Shown: one piece after another, positions 51,221 to 64,000 of the stretch | Layout of the letters: each line of letters starts with the position of its first letter | Numbering within the stretch: the first letter of the stretch is position 1 | DNA from: the human T2T-CHM13v2.0 reference genome, Homo sapiens | Assembly: GCF_009914755.1 (NCBI RefSeq) | Contig: NC_060925.1 | DNA: 64,000 bases | Reading direction: 5' to 3' (one strand) | Notes under the pieces: generated by a model | Told to the model about the DNA's origin: nothing | What the model saw: the letters and a program-made list of their open reading frames with translations, nothing else | Databases searched by the model: none | Program-made: the position numbers and the translations under genes

Positions 51221-51899
51221 CATATACCACAACAAAGGCTCATGAGATCAACCTCAGGTTCACAACAATTTTTCAATCAAGTCTCCAAATGCAATTCCAA
51301 ACTCTGTACTTGAGGGAAGGTAGACATTGTTATTTAACTACAGCAATCAATCAAAGATGTAGCAACCCTAATGATGAACCTTAAAAACTGACTGACAGCT
51401 TCCCATCAATAATAGTTATTTTCAGGAGACAATTAAAGGTGAGCATCAGGAACAAACCATTAACCATCCCAGTTCACAGATGTCCACATTGGAACCAGGC
51501 TTTGCCAATGCCAGGTCAACACATATTGAGAGCCTAGGGTTGTCACAACTTCTAACTTGGAATAATTTTTCAGATCTAGTTCAAAAGAGCATAAATCTGA
51601 GGATAAATTTTTGAAAATTTTTGAAAATAGTATTTTATTGTTGACAGTAGGCTATTGTTAGCAATAGGTTAACAGTTGTTTAAAAATATTCCCAAATGTC
51701 AGAGGCCTAGTACAATAAAATGTTACTTCTTGCCTTCATCACAGGTTGGCAGCAAGCTCCTTGGCTTCATGCAGTCATCCAGTGACCAGGGTCATTATAT
51801 CTCATGATTCCCCTCTTATAGGTCCTCTGAATCCTTTCCATTCAACCAGAAGTTGGGAAAGTGAAAATGTGTGCAAGGTTTTCATCCTACTTTCACACC

Positions 51900-53140
51900 A
51901 GTATCAGGGCACCTCACCCCCTAGATTTTTTTTTCTAACTTCACTGGTCATTCCTGCTTGGTGTCCTTTGCTGGAGACGCTTCTCTTCTCTAGCTAGGGT
52001 CTCCTCTTGGTAACATAACATAATACCTCATGGCTTTAAATAACACCTTTATGTTGAAACCTCCAATCTTAATCTCTATTTGGATCTCCCTCTCCAAACT
52101 CCAGACTTATATATATCTACCTGCCTGTTTAACACCTTTGCCCAGATTATAACAAACATTCAACACCAAGTTCAAAGCTGAGCTCAAGATCTTCCTCCAG
52201 TATCTGTTCCACTTACAGCCTTATCCATATCAGTTGATAACTACTTTCTTCCAGTTACTCAGGCAAAATCTTTGCAGTCATCCTGGATTCCTTTCTTTCT
52301 TACCTTCCTGCTGCTCTAGCTTCAAAATATATCCAGAATGTTATGACTTCTTACCTCTTCTACTGCCACAACCTGGTCCTGGCCACCAGCAGTTCTTGTC
52401 TATATCATTGAAATGGTCTCCAACAGGTTTCCTGTATTCTACTCTTGACCCTTTAGTCTTTCCTAACACAGCAGCCAGAATGATCCTTTTGAAAGTATAA
52501 GTTAGATCACATCCCTCTCTTGCTCAAAACCCTGCAATAGTTTCTCATTTCCCATTTCACTCAGAGTAAAAGGCAGAGTCATTTCAATGCCTATATGGCT
52601 CAATGCTGTCTGGCCTTCCTCTAGCAATCTGTCATGAGAGTGAGTCTCATTCTGCTTCAGACAGACTGAGCTTTGTTACCAGTTTTAGAACATACCAGGC
52701 ACATTCTGGCCTTAGTGCCTTTACTCTGCTGAGAACGCTCTTTTCTTGATATCTACCTGATTCATTCCTTTACTTCCTTCAAGTCTTTCCTCCAATTATA
52801 CTTCTCAGTAAAGGTAATCCTGCCCATGCTATTTCATGCTGAATCTTGCCTCCCACCTACCTTAGCACAGTACCCCCTGAAGCACTGTACTAATCTATAT
52901 TTTATTTTGTACAATGTATTTACCACTCTATAACATGCTGTATAATTTCTTTTTATTATGCTTATTTTCTGTTTCCCTATCTAGGATTTAAGCTCCTCAA
53001 GTGCAGAGATTTTTGTCTGCCTTGATCAAAGATGGGAAGATGGGAAGACAGGAATCAAAGATGATTCCCACTTACCTAGATCAATGCCTGCACATATAGT
53101 ATTAATAAATTTTATTTTGGATGAAAGAAGAAATGAACAT
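51900..53140 (+). mobile_element. L2 (L2a-like) 3' ~1.2 kb
   Basis: ctccagacttatatat..., cttcaaaatatatccagaat, cacagcagccagaatgatcctttt, taagctcctcaagtgcagagattttgtct. Confidence 0.85.
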
Positions 53141-53324
53141 AATAGTAGGAGTTAGAAAAAAACTATCTAGAAAAATTGGTCTGATATTCTCGGTACCTGA
53201 TCCTCTGCTCTTATGTATAGTAGCTTTTGTTTTCTGGATGAGTCATATCCATGGACTTTGGATTTCTAGTTCCCATTAGATCCAACTGTTGGTAACTATA
53301 TGCTGTATCTGGGGCAGCACAGCA

Positions 53325-53555
53325 TGAGTTGTTAGGGTGTGGGCCTGTGAGCCAGATATGCCTGGACTCCATTCCTGGATCTACCACTTTGGGCAAGTCA
53401 TTTGCACTTTTTAGTCCTCAGTTTCCTCAATGGTAAAATGGCAATGATCGTAGTACCTATCTCATAGTATTTTGTGAGAAACAAATAATATTATAAGTGT
53501 GGTGACTAGACTGTCTTAACAGTGTTTGCATTTAATAACTGTTAGCAATTGTTAA
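53325..53555 (+). mobile_element. MIR
   Basis: gagccagatatgcctgg...ttgggcaagtcattt...cctcagtttcctcaatggtaaaatgg. Confidence 0.85.
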
Positions 53556-53759
53556 CTATTGCCTTTAAATGGATATCTTTAAATGTGCTGACCTGGTGGC
53601 CTACCCACAATGTTCCCCCTGACCAGGACAAGGTTAATACCTGATCACATAGACTCCACCTCTCTCAAGTTGTCATACATGGACTTGGTCCTGAGATATT
53701 CAAGAAAACAGCTTGTATTTATAAGTGGAATCCACATTTATAAATAATCTAATTTATAT

Positions 53760-53841
53760 TCCATTGAACTATATAAAATTACTGGGTTTTTTAGCAAAAA
53801 ATGAATGTCAAATGTTAGTAATTTCATATGGTTTGACCTAA
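53760..53841. mobile_element. MADE2-like mariner MITE (~80-bp palindrome)
   Basis: ttgaactatataaaattact ... agtaatttcatatggtttgaccta resembles the paired mariner TIRs of MADE2. Confidence 0.75.
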
Positions 53842-54149
53842 TGTTTTCAGTTTGATTAGAGCACAATTTTTCAATGTGTCAAGCGTTAGTTGAGTCTAGT
53901 TCTAGTTGTGAAGTTGCAATTTGAGGTAGAAATAATATTGAAGTTACAGAGCTACATCCTAAGACCTCAGAAAACATGAAATATTCTTCTCTTTTATTTT
54001 TCACTCCTTTCTGGGGCTTGAATCCTGCCCTGCTCTCAAGAAGTTTGTCTGTCTCTTTTTTTATCTTTTCTAGCTCCCCTCAACCCCTCCGTAAGTACTC
54101 AGCCTTCCTCACTATATGTCAGGGTTCTCCAGAGAAACAGATTGATTTG

Positions 54150-54169
54150 TAGGTAGGTAGGTAGGTAGG

Positions 54170-54217
<48 letters not shown>

Positions 54218-54280
54218 GACAGAGAGACAGACAGACAGATAGATAGATAGATAGATAGACAGATAGATAGATTGATTGAT
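54150..54280 (+). repeat. (TAGG)5 (GATA)11 /GACA compound tetranucleotide repeat
   Basis: Read directly from the sequence. Confidence 0.97.
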
Positions 54281-54486
54281 TAGTGGGGCTCAAGCAGGCT
54301 GGCACTGCTTCTCCTGGGAAGGGAATGAGTTGACAGGTTTGCATCAAGATGTCTCTGATTGGCCTTACTTTTTTGTACCATACCTGCTACCTGGCTTCCT
54401 ACCTCACTAAAAAGCATGTTCTGTATGTCTTGAAATTTATCTACCCCACATTATTCCAAGGGTTGCAGACATTTATTAGTGGACTC

Positions 54487-54570
54487 ATCTATCTATTTAT
54501 CTATCTATCTATCTATCTATCTATCCATCCATCCATCTCTATATTTGTATCTATATCTATATCCATATCA
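54487..54570 (+). repeat. (ATCT)n/(ATCC)n repeat, complementary to the upstream GATA tract
   Basis: Read directly from the sequence. Confidence 0.95.
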
Positions 54571-54820
54571 TATTGGTTCTGTATTGATTCTATATATCTA
54601 TATTTTTATCTAGCTAGCTAGCTACAGAGAGAAAAGGATATTTTAAGGAATTGGCTCACTCAATGATAGGGGTTGATAAGCCTGAAATCCATAGAGAAAG
54701 ATGGCAGGCTAGAAATTCAGGTAAGAGTTGATATTGCGGTTTTAAATCTAAATTCCACAGGGCAGGGAGAGTAGGCTGGAAATGCAGTAGGATTTCTGTA
54801 CTTCAGTCTTTATTGTGGAT

Positions 54821-55252
54821 TGTTATAGTTGAATTTTTGTCACCTAAAAGTTCATATGCTGAAGTCTTAACCCCCAGTACCTCAGAATGTGGCCTTGTTT
54901 GGAAATAGAGTTGGTGCAGATGTAATTAGTTAAGATAAGATACTACTGGTATTGGGTGGGACCTTACCCCAATGTCTAGTACCTTTATAAAAAGAACACC
55001 TCGTAAAGAGATAGGCATGCATACAGGGAGAACGCAATGTGAAAAACTGGAATTGCACTGCCACAAACCAGGGAATTACCAGAAGCTAGAAGAGAAATCT
55101 CAAACAGATCTTTCTCTAACACCTTCAAAGAAAGCATGGCTGACGTCTGGATCTTGGACTTCTAGCTTCCAGAATGTTAAAGAATAAACTTCCATTGCTT
55201 AAGCCACACAACCTGTAGTATTCTGTCATGGTAGCCCTAGCAAACTAATACA
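54821..55252 (+). mobile_element. MLT1B/C-like solo LTR
   Basis: tgttatagttgaat...ccccagtacctcagaatgtggccttgtttggaaatag...gtagccctagcaaactaataca. Confidence 0.9.
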
Positions 55253-57429
55253 CCCACTGACCCAAAACTATGTTGGGTTCCTCCTTGTCCTTCTCTTTTA
55301 GTTTTTAATAAGTCACTATATCCAGTCCAATCTAATATTAAAAACATCTCTCCCTTCTAGTTTCTTCTCTCCCTTTATTTCAGGCCTGTATCATCTCTCA
55401 CCTTATATATAATAGTCTCCTAAGTGGGTCTTCCTGGTTTCAGCTTCTTCTTTCTCCAATCCCCTTTCCATACTGTTTCCATAGATCTCTACTTAAAACA
55501 GAAGTCTAACTATATCCCTATCTGGCTGGAAACCTCCATTGACTCTACCTCACCAGATGCTAATGCTGGATTCCTGATCATGGTACCCCGAAGTCTTCAT
55601 AATCTGGACCCAAACTTGCTTTCCAGTTTTATCTCTCTATTTTGTTTCTTTATACTGTACCTTTTAACCACACAAAACTCCTTTTTTTAATAGACTATGA
55701 CCTTACATGTCACCAACTGTACTGACTGACCCCTTCACTCTGCTGTAACCCAGATTCCCTGTTCTTTGATTTAATACCTTTTCCAAATGGCTGCACCACC
55801 GTTGTCCAATACCATGCTTCTCTTCCCATCCCAAGTTTAAATCAGCCTGGTTATCAGGAACAGAGAAGTTCAGCATTAGTCCATAACTCCAAAAATAATG
55901 CACAAGGAGAGAGAAAAGGGATAGAATCCAGAGAAGAATAGAAGGAAACAGCTGAGTGGGAGAAAATGGAATAGAGGAGTTTAGAGTTGATCTCTGGTAT
56001 AGAAACAGCTTCACAGCTTCTTCAATTAACTTTTTCTGTTAGTTTGGAATTCCTTGGAGATGCGCCTCAATATCTCTTTGTATAGCCTTGTGCACAGGAA
56101 TCTTAGAAAGGTTGCAGTTGCACGTTGTGTACAAGGCTCAGCTCCAATATCCAAAATACATTGGCTTGTTCAAGCACAATAAATAACTAAGGAAGACAAT
56201 GCTATATGGAATAAAAGTTGTTGCAATGCAGTTGATAGATGTGCTAAGACTACACACTTGCTAAATTTTACTTACCAGATGCTTAGAAAAGAGAGAAAAT
56301 TATAATTCCAACTGGTCAGTGGTCAGAAGGTAATATTCAAAACATCCTACCACATGGATAAACAAGAAAATAATTAGAAATCAAAATGTTAGAGAATTCT
56401 GCAGTGAGCATGAATGTAATCCACAGGATAAACAACACTTGGTTGACATTTGACTGAATAAATTAAAACCCAAAGTAATTTGAATAAAAATTCAAGACAT
56501 GTATCAGAGAAGTTCAGGAGGGGAGACAAAAGATGAAATCTTCCTCTTGCCATTCGAGCTACATTGGACTTTATAGGTAAGCCTGGAAAGAGAGGTCAAG
56601 GGACTTTTTTTTTTTGTATTATCCTTCAGTACTGTGGAATAAACTTCAGTGTAGCAATGCCATAACTTGACTCAAGAAATCCATTAAGCTAAAATGTGTA
56701 CATTCAAGATAATGTGTGCGGGAAATTACCATACTCATAGCAAATAAAAAGTCAATCCAAACCATCCACCTTGTCTCATGTTTCCTTGAAACAAGATTAA
56801 TAATAACAAATTAAAGACATTCCACTAGCCTTTCATTACTCTCTGTAAAACAGCATCAATAACCAGCTACCCGGTTATGGTGCCGGACATTTGACTATCA
56901 CATGCACTAATGTGCGCACACACGCACACACGCACATACAAAGTGATGGTTTTCTCTAGATAATAAGGACTTTAATTTCACAAGGTTTACAGAATCAACT
57001 CTATTGTTGAGCTTATTACCCTACAGCAAATATTTCTGCAACAGAATTAGTTGTATGAAACTTTTGCAGTTTGAGTTTTTGTACTTTAGGTTTACAGAAA
57101 ATATCAGTCATTGCCAAATCTGATTCTCCACGTTGAAAATATTTACTGCCACTTGCACACATAAAAAAGTAGATTTCTGCTTCCAGGAGACTCAAAAAAT
57201 ATCTAAACTTATGGTTATATCACCACAAGTCTCAGGAGTTCAGCTTGCCCAAAATCCCCTCATTCATGTTATTGCTGCACTCGGTATTTAGAGGAAAAAA
57301 AAAAGCCCACAGACAATCAGAATTCTGATCAGAGAGAACACAGGATAAAAGGTTTGTCCTGGTGACCAGTGAAGATGCAGCAACTTAATGATTGTACAGA
57401 GTGAGCAAGGCCATTGCCTAATATATCAA

Positions 57430-57620
57430 ATCCATCAAGAAAAATAATTACATCCATATCAATTATTGGTCTATTAGAAATAAAGACCTGGTGGAAGGAC
57501 ACTATCCAAAGGTGATTGTCTAATGCTTTCAAAATAAATGTCTTATCTCTGCCTTGGCATTTTCTGTACCATCAAAAGGCCATTATCCCATGACAGTTCC
57601 ATTCCACCGACATTAACATT
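57430..57620 (-). repeat. Probable Eulor2-family ancient conserved hairpin repeat
   Basis: Colinear similarity to the reverse of the Eulor2 consensus as I recall it (atccatca..., gaaataaag, tgctttcaaaataaatgtc, gccttggcattt, ccattatcc..tgaca.gttc.attcca..gacatta). Residual stem ggtggaa (57490-57496) with ttccacc (57602-57608). Confidence 0.65.
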
Positions 57621-57968
57621 AGATACCAATTCTTTCTAAAGGCTCTTTACAATGCTTTGTCTCATTTGGTGGGTTTGCCAAATGTTCTTCACATTTCATT
57701 AATAAATTGACCCACACAAATCCCTCAGGACTCTAGGGGAAATTAAGTTTCATTCTTTTTTCTTCTTCTACTCTAATTAATATTATTAAGAATGAAAAGA
57801 TGTTATCAATAGATCAATCAAGTCTAGTAAATTAGGAAGCACAGCTTAAATGAAATAACATTAAACAGAAAAGCTATGTTAATAAATATAGCTATATGCC
57901 ATATGTAGTTATACTTAGTGATTATGTATCAATTGTTATACTAAGAACTTTACATGTCTTTTGTTTTT

Positions 57969-57969
<1 letters not shown>

Positions 57970-58001
<32 letters not shown>
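57970..58001 (+). repeat. (CA)16 microsatellite
   Basis: Read directly from the sequence. Confidence 0.97.
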
Positions 58002-58005
<4 letters not shown>

Positions 58006-60625
58006 CCTCCAAGAAAAGTGTTATTTGCCCAGGTTAACTAAGTGCTGAAGTCAGAATCTAGGTCTGTTTGACTTTAAAGCCTGGGCTAATATACATTATG
58101 CTTTATAGCCTTTTAGGTGGTATATTTGAGGACTGTCTCAGGGACTGACTTCAGGCAGATCACATGGGCACTCCATGCCCTCAGTTTTCCTACTAATGAA
58201 AGTGAAAATAGATTGATCTATCTCATAGTGCCTCCTTAGATTATCTTAACCTCTTAGATGATTTGGAAGACTAAACCATATTTTTAGGATATGATTAAGT
58301 GCAGTGACAAAAAATAAAATTATGTCTTTATATAAGAGAGTCATATTGCTAAAACCTTACTAGATCATGTTATTTTCTAGTTTCTGTCTTTTAAATTGCT
58401 CCAGGTGAATGTTAACTAGTGACTTATAAAACTACAATACAGATCCCCATCATCTGTAAAGAAGCCTAGACAAGTCAGTTCTAATAAAATACTAGAGTTA
58501 TGTGTGGTAATGACACTGCAAGCCTTGATTCTCAAGTTCATTAAATGTTCTACATGTTCATAACTTGATCTTTCACTTGATTTTACTTTTTTAATAGGAA
58601 AATGCATCTTAATTCCCTTGGATTTATACATCTGGAATAGCTAACTCAATGTCTATGATAACCTTTGGACTGTTCAGATAAAAGAAAGTTGTAACAAAGT
58701 AATTAGAAACCCCAGAGAGGCTCCACATATGAATTTTTGTCAGTAGCCCCAAACCAAGAAGAAAATCAGCTGCTGGTACATCTCTGCCCAGATCCAGGCC
58801 TGACTTTCCACAAGTGTAATCAAAGATCAGAGGGTAAGGAAAGATTAGCAGACAATTGGCCTGAATGGAGAAGAACCTTTCCTTGAGCCTTTACAGACCC
58901 ATACAACTCAGTTGACAGGTCATAAAGACAAACTAAAAAAGAGAAGAATAAACAGCATTTATGAGTTAAAAGAACTGTGAGAACGTATCCAGTCCAACCT
59001 ACTGCCTTCTAGCAAGTGAGTGTCAAAACCATTCAAGGCAAGTGAGGAAATCTGACCTTTTAAAAATGGAACACTTATACAGGGTTGTTGTCCAGTCATG
59101 GGGAAAGGAAAGAACCAGAGAAAACTTTATTGAGATGTTCAAAGGCAGACTAAGGGTCCCTTCTCTCTCCCCTGCTCCTCTCTGGGTAACAGCCTGAAAC
59201 ATCAAAATGGTCCTTCCCAGGGTGAAGTAGATGACCCTGGTGTCAACCTCTCCATTTCCCAATGTGCTCCATCATTACCTCACACCATGGTAACCACAGC
59301 CTCACTGCACGTTCAGTTTAGATAGTTCTGCAATGTCATTTAAATATAGTATCAACATTATTCTTTTTCTTTTTAAAATTTATAATTTGAAAATACTGAG
59401 TCCATTGCTCAGTATGATTTTATTAAAATTTTGGAATCAAGAATCTTGACATATTTAAAATATGCTTTCTATTACAGTATCAATAAAAAATTATGTTTTG
59501 ATTTTAAGGAATTGATTTATGGATAGCTCTAGTAATTCACTTGGGGCATAGGTTGAGGAATCCTGCACAATTCAATACTTAGAGTGTTTGGATATAACAG
59601 GATGATAGAGCAGTGGAGGCAAGAATCATTTTTAAAATAAGATCAAGGAGAGGCGAGGCTAATTCTCGTAGTGTGAAGAGCTAATCACTTAAAAATGGAA
59701 GGTAAGAGCCTTAGATCGAATAATAGATTCTCCTACAGATGGGGAGAAAAAGAAAGTGAAAAGAGAGAGGAAGTTGGTGATTGGGTGAGGAAGAAACTAT
59801 TTATTTGATTACATTTATATTCCAAGACTTGTGTTTCAAGCCACTTCTGTGAATAAAGTTTTGTACGAATTATTTTTGGCATATGCCCGTAAAACTTAGG
59901 TGAAAGAAAACTAAACTGTCAAATTGCAATAAAGCTCTGGTTTGACAATTTAAGACAAAGATATTCAGAGTGAAGGTTGCTTTTCAATCCTTTAATCATC
60001 TGTTGTGTCCTGACATTCTAGGGGTCTCAGAAGAGTGCATGACAAATAATATTCCATATGTGCAGCTAAAACTATCCGCAACAAGGGTAAGTGACAAGTG
60101 AAACACCCTGGCTCTAAGTGATTCATATCAACATACTAGAGCCGTCCTTTCAACGACCTACATGATGGATAAAGTCACACGCAAAAATAAAACCCACAGC
60201 TGATTTCATTGTGTGACCTAAAGAGGCTGCGTTGATCTCCACCCTCCTGGCGGGGAAACGCTCACAGTTCACTCATTGTACAACCTTATCTGGAGGTTTG
60301 TGCTCACAGTTGTTGATTATCTGCCCATGAATTATCCAAACCAGAATCTAGCAAATCCCCACTCTCTCTCTCCCTCTCCTTACCAAGACACAATTAGTGA
60401 TCTAATCGTGCTAACTAACTTTCTTTTTTTTTTTAATTGGAGAGAAAAATGAACTTGCTAAAGCAGCTTGCAGTATAGTCCAAAATCAAACACAAATGAG
60501 TTTTACGTGTTTCTGGATTTTCTGTGCCCTTCCAAGTGCAGAGATATTGGGAAAACGATGCTACACAGGCAGCTTTCATCAGAGTTTTACTGTGCTTGGT
60601 TTCCCATAAAACACACACATACTGA

Positions 60626-60931
<306 letters not shown>

Positions 60932-61283
60932 TATATACATCACTTTTATCAAACCTTCTCCTATGCATACTGTAGATAGCTGAGTAGCTGAGCAGGATAG
61001 CATACTGCATGAGCTCTGAGAACATTTTAATATAAACAGGGAAAGAAAGTTGGAAATTATTCATCCATGTACATGAAAATAAGTGGATTTTGGTACTTGT
61101 GCATAGATTCATATCCTCATGAACACAGTAAATTATAAATGTTTTTGTGGTTAAAAACACTAATACTTTGCTTTGCTAGACATCTGTAAGCACTCTATGT
61201 ATACAGTATGCTTGCTGTATTGAGTTTTGTTTTAAATATTGGATCATGAAAGGGTAGATTCTCCCCCAGATCCATATTGGGAA

Positions 61284-61285
<2 letters not shown>

Positions 61286-61323
<38 letters not shown>
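61286..61323 (+). repeat. (TG)19 microsatellite
   Basis: Read directly from the sequence. Confidence 0.97.
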
Positions 61324-61324
<1 letters not shown>

Positions 61325-63644
61325 CACTAGAATTTCTACAATGACATAATTTTTTTTTCAAATTTAAATGCATCCTCAATCAGTATAAGAAATTATTCCA
61401 AACAAGTTAAAATATATTCAAGTCCTTACGGAAAAATGTTTTAAAAGAAAGTTGTGCTTTATTTAATGAGAGCAATGTTTTGCTACAAAGGGAATCGTTT
61501 TTATGCTTCAACAACCAAATATTTTCTGTTCTATGCATTTGTGACATGAATGTACAATTTGGGGCAGTTATTCAGAGTCAAGTCCCTAATATTCGGCATT
61601 GTTCCTGCGCCTATCATACCACACCCTTTCTTAATCATACTGTATGTAGTTGCTCATATAAATTCTGTAACTGAAAAAGGGAAGGAAGAAATCTAACAGA
61701 AAATTTCTTGCCAGATGGAGAAAATTGAAACATTACCCTTGTTTCTTTGCCAGCACAGATCCATTTTGACAAGCTGGAAATGATTTATGGGGAAAAAAAC
61801 GTATTTACACTGGCAGAGATGTTATTAATTGCCATACAATGTTCACATTTTTGCATTGTTTTGTATATGATTACTTACTAGATTTAAATATACAGTCCAA
61901 ATATGTGGCTTTTTTTGCATGCTGATTATTATATGACAGACAAACTTACAATACATGATGCATGCTATAAATTTCACTTAAACCTTCACAGACAACACCG
62001 CAGGAAAGACATGTAGCAGAAAGCTACAAAGAGTGTTCAAAGGAAATGCACCATTACTATATGTGTGTTCATATACACAGACGCACACACGATGCAAATA
62101 GTTTTAAAGGACTATATACAGTATATGGGAGTTGATGAATAATAAAACACTCTTGACGCATAAAAATATTACTTTTATTACTTTTCAGAGTAACTGTTGC
62201 TATATGTAACTACTAAGGTCCCAAAATGTTTGAAAATGAAAATATTAAAGCAATATATAATTTCCAAGTTGACAATTTTGCATCATAAAAGACTTCCAGA
62301 TGTACTAACTTATAAAATAGAAGTTTAGAAGGGTATTTTTTAGGTACATTATTTTAAGCAGTTTAAAAATAATAATATATTTGGAGGGAAATTTCCCCCT
62401 CATGTACACATGTGGTTATAGGAAAAAGAAAAATTAGGCTATTTAGTGAGAATAAAAGTGATTGCAGTAATGACAAGTCGATTAATTTCAGAAATCGACC
62501 ATTAGTTGCCTACCTGTGTATTGCTCTTACAATATTGTCACTTTTTTACACTAATATAGATGAATATATTTATTACTACTTGCAATTTCAGATTGTAATC
62601 TCATATGAGAAAGATGTTCTTCTATAACAGCTATTTTGTCCAGGAAGCATTTATAATGTATCTATGTCAATTGAGCACATTTAAAAATACCCTTATTTTT
62701 AGTTGTAGAAATTAATTTTGAAGATCTTAATTTCAAGCAGTCGTATCAGCATTCCTATAAGCGTCTGTATACAGTTGTCCCTTAGGTTTAACGTTTTAGT
62801 AGCACAGTCTCTCTGCAATTAGTTTTATGCTCCATAAATGTAAATCAGATGTAAGTCTCTAAAACACTCCCTCTCTATAGTGTTTTGCAGAGTGTTCCCA
62901 TTGTATTAGGTTTCTCTAGGAGACAAATAACTGTAAATATGAAACAAAACCATGTGATGTGCCAAAACTATAATTTAGTTGTTTATGATTTATCCAACTC
63001 CATTTTTGCTTGGGAAAACGGATTCAACATGTCTATTTGAAATTAGTACATAAAAAAGAGCTTATTGTGAATGATTAATGAGTGCAGTCCTGCTTACATA
63101 AGATTAATTCCCCCCAAGGTCAATCTAGCCAACTGTGAATTTGGGCATTTGCCCAGGGACCCCTTGTGGGTGGTCTTCACTTTTCCAAGATGGGACACCC
63201 AATAGGAAAGCAGGGACATCCAGCTGCCAAATGTCACATTCAAGCTAGTTCTTCCACTTTATCTTTCCTAGAAACTTCCATAAGTTTCAACCCCAAAGGG
63301 TCTTCGTAGGATTTATTTGCTGCATACTCCTGCATATGTAATCACCAGCTCAAAAAGCTTTGATTGAGCATCTACTTTATATCCAGCACTCTGCTAAGCA
63401 TCACTGGGTGGCAGAAATTATAATAAAAATCACTGTTGCTGTTGTTTTAATGAGTTAATAAATACAAAGCATTTAGAACACTGTCTGGCATACAGTAAGT
63501 ACTCATTAATATGTACTACTTTCATCCAGAATGTATTTGCTTTATGGTAAGATCCTTTTAACCAAGAGGAATTCGAGAAACAATAACAGTTCTAAGTAAA
63601 GTATAAAATTATAGTGTATATTTGGATGTTTTTAACTCAACTCT

Positions 63645-63757
63645 GAAGTCCCTGACACCAGGAATGATATATATTCTTCTCTATAGCCCCAGATACTAGC
63701 AAAGTGCTTGTACTTAGTAGGTACTCAATAATTATTTCTTGAACTAAACTGAATTCA
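63645..63757 (+). mobile_element. L2 3' end
   Basis: ctatagccccagatactagcaaagtgcttgtacttagtaggtactcaataattatttcttgaactaaactgaat. Confidence 0.75.
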
Positions 63758-64000
63758 TTAAACTTCTGAAAAACTTTTGAATTTGAGGGTTATTACTCAA
63801 ATGTCCTTCTAATTCCTGAACCAGAGTCTTCAATCCTGACCATTTAGGGTTGACTGAACAAACACATAATTCCCTGGAAAAGGAGCTTTTTTCCATCTAA
63901 AGATGGCTCCAGGAGCAAAAGCAAGAGTGGGGGAACTTACACGAGTTGGAGTTGGGGCAAGGACACAGGCATGGCTATGTGAGGAGTGATGTCAAGACAG

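Larger units (their letters stand above)
54113..54810 (-). mobile_element. MLT2 (ERVL) LTR carrying GATA/TATC microsatellites and an apparent internal inversion
   Basis: gtcagggttctccagagaaacaga at 54118-54141 and taaggaattggctcac at ~54644-54659 are MLT2 hallmarks. Confidence 0.8.

Noticed and set aside
54099-54621. ORFs with YLSI repeats
   Set aside because: They are translations of GATA/TATC microsatellites.

Overview
This is AT-rich, CpG-depleted primate (probably human or great-ape) non-coding DNA, either a gene desert or the interior of a very long intron. I cannot support any protein-coding exon, RNA gene, CpG island or CRISPR array, and I cannot identify the locus. The listed ORFs are short chance ORFs or read through Alu, microsatellite or other repeat sequence. 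Recognisable content is mostly interspersed repeats: six Alus plus one free Alu monomer, a short young L1PA 3' end, an inverted L1MA insertion, solo LTRs (THE1, MER31-like, MER39-like, MER9, MLT1, MLT2), a near-complete old MLT1 provirus, MER20, MER3 and MADE2 DNA elements, an L3/CR1 RT remnant, many MIR/L2 fragments and microsatellites. Family names come from my recall of consensus sequences and need Dfam/RepeatMasker confirmation. The most interesting signals lie between the ordinary repeats. These are three ancient-looking hairpin elements (14226-14314, 31651-31768, and a probable Eulor2 copy at about 57430-57620), enhancer-like blocks with exact PBX-MEIS or PBX-HOX motifs, an apparent internal inversion in an MLT2 LTR, and several isolated exon or micro-exon-like splice signals. 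I found no demonstrable new biological system. The best hypothesis is a conserved regulatory landscape partly built from ancient hairpin repeats.
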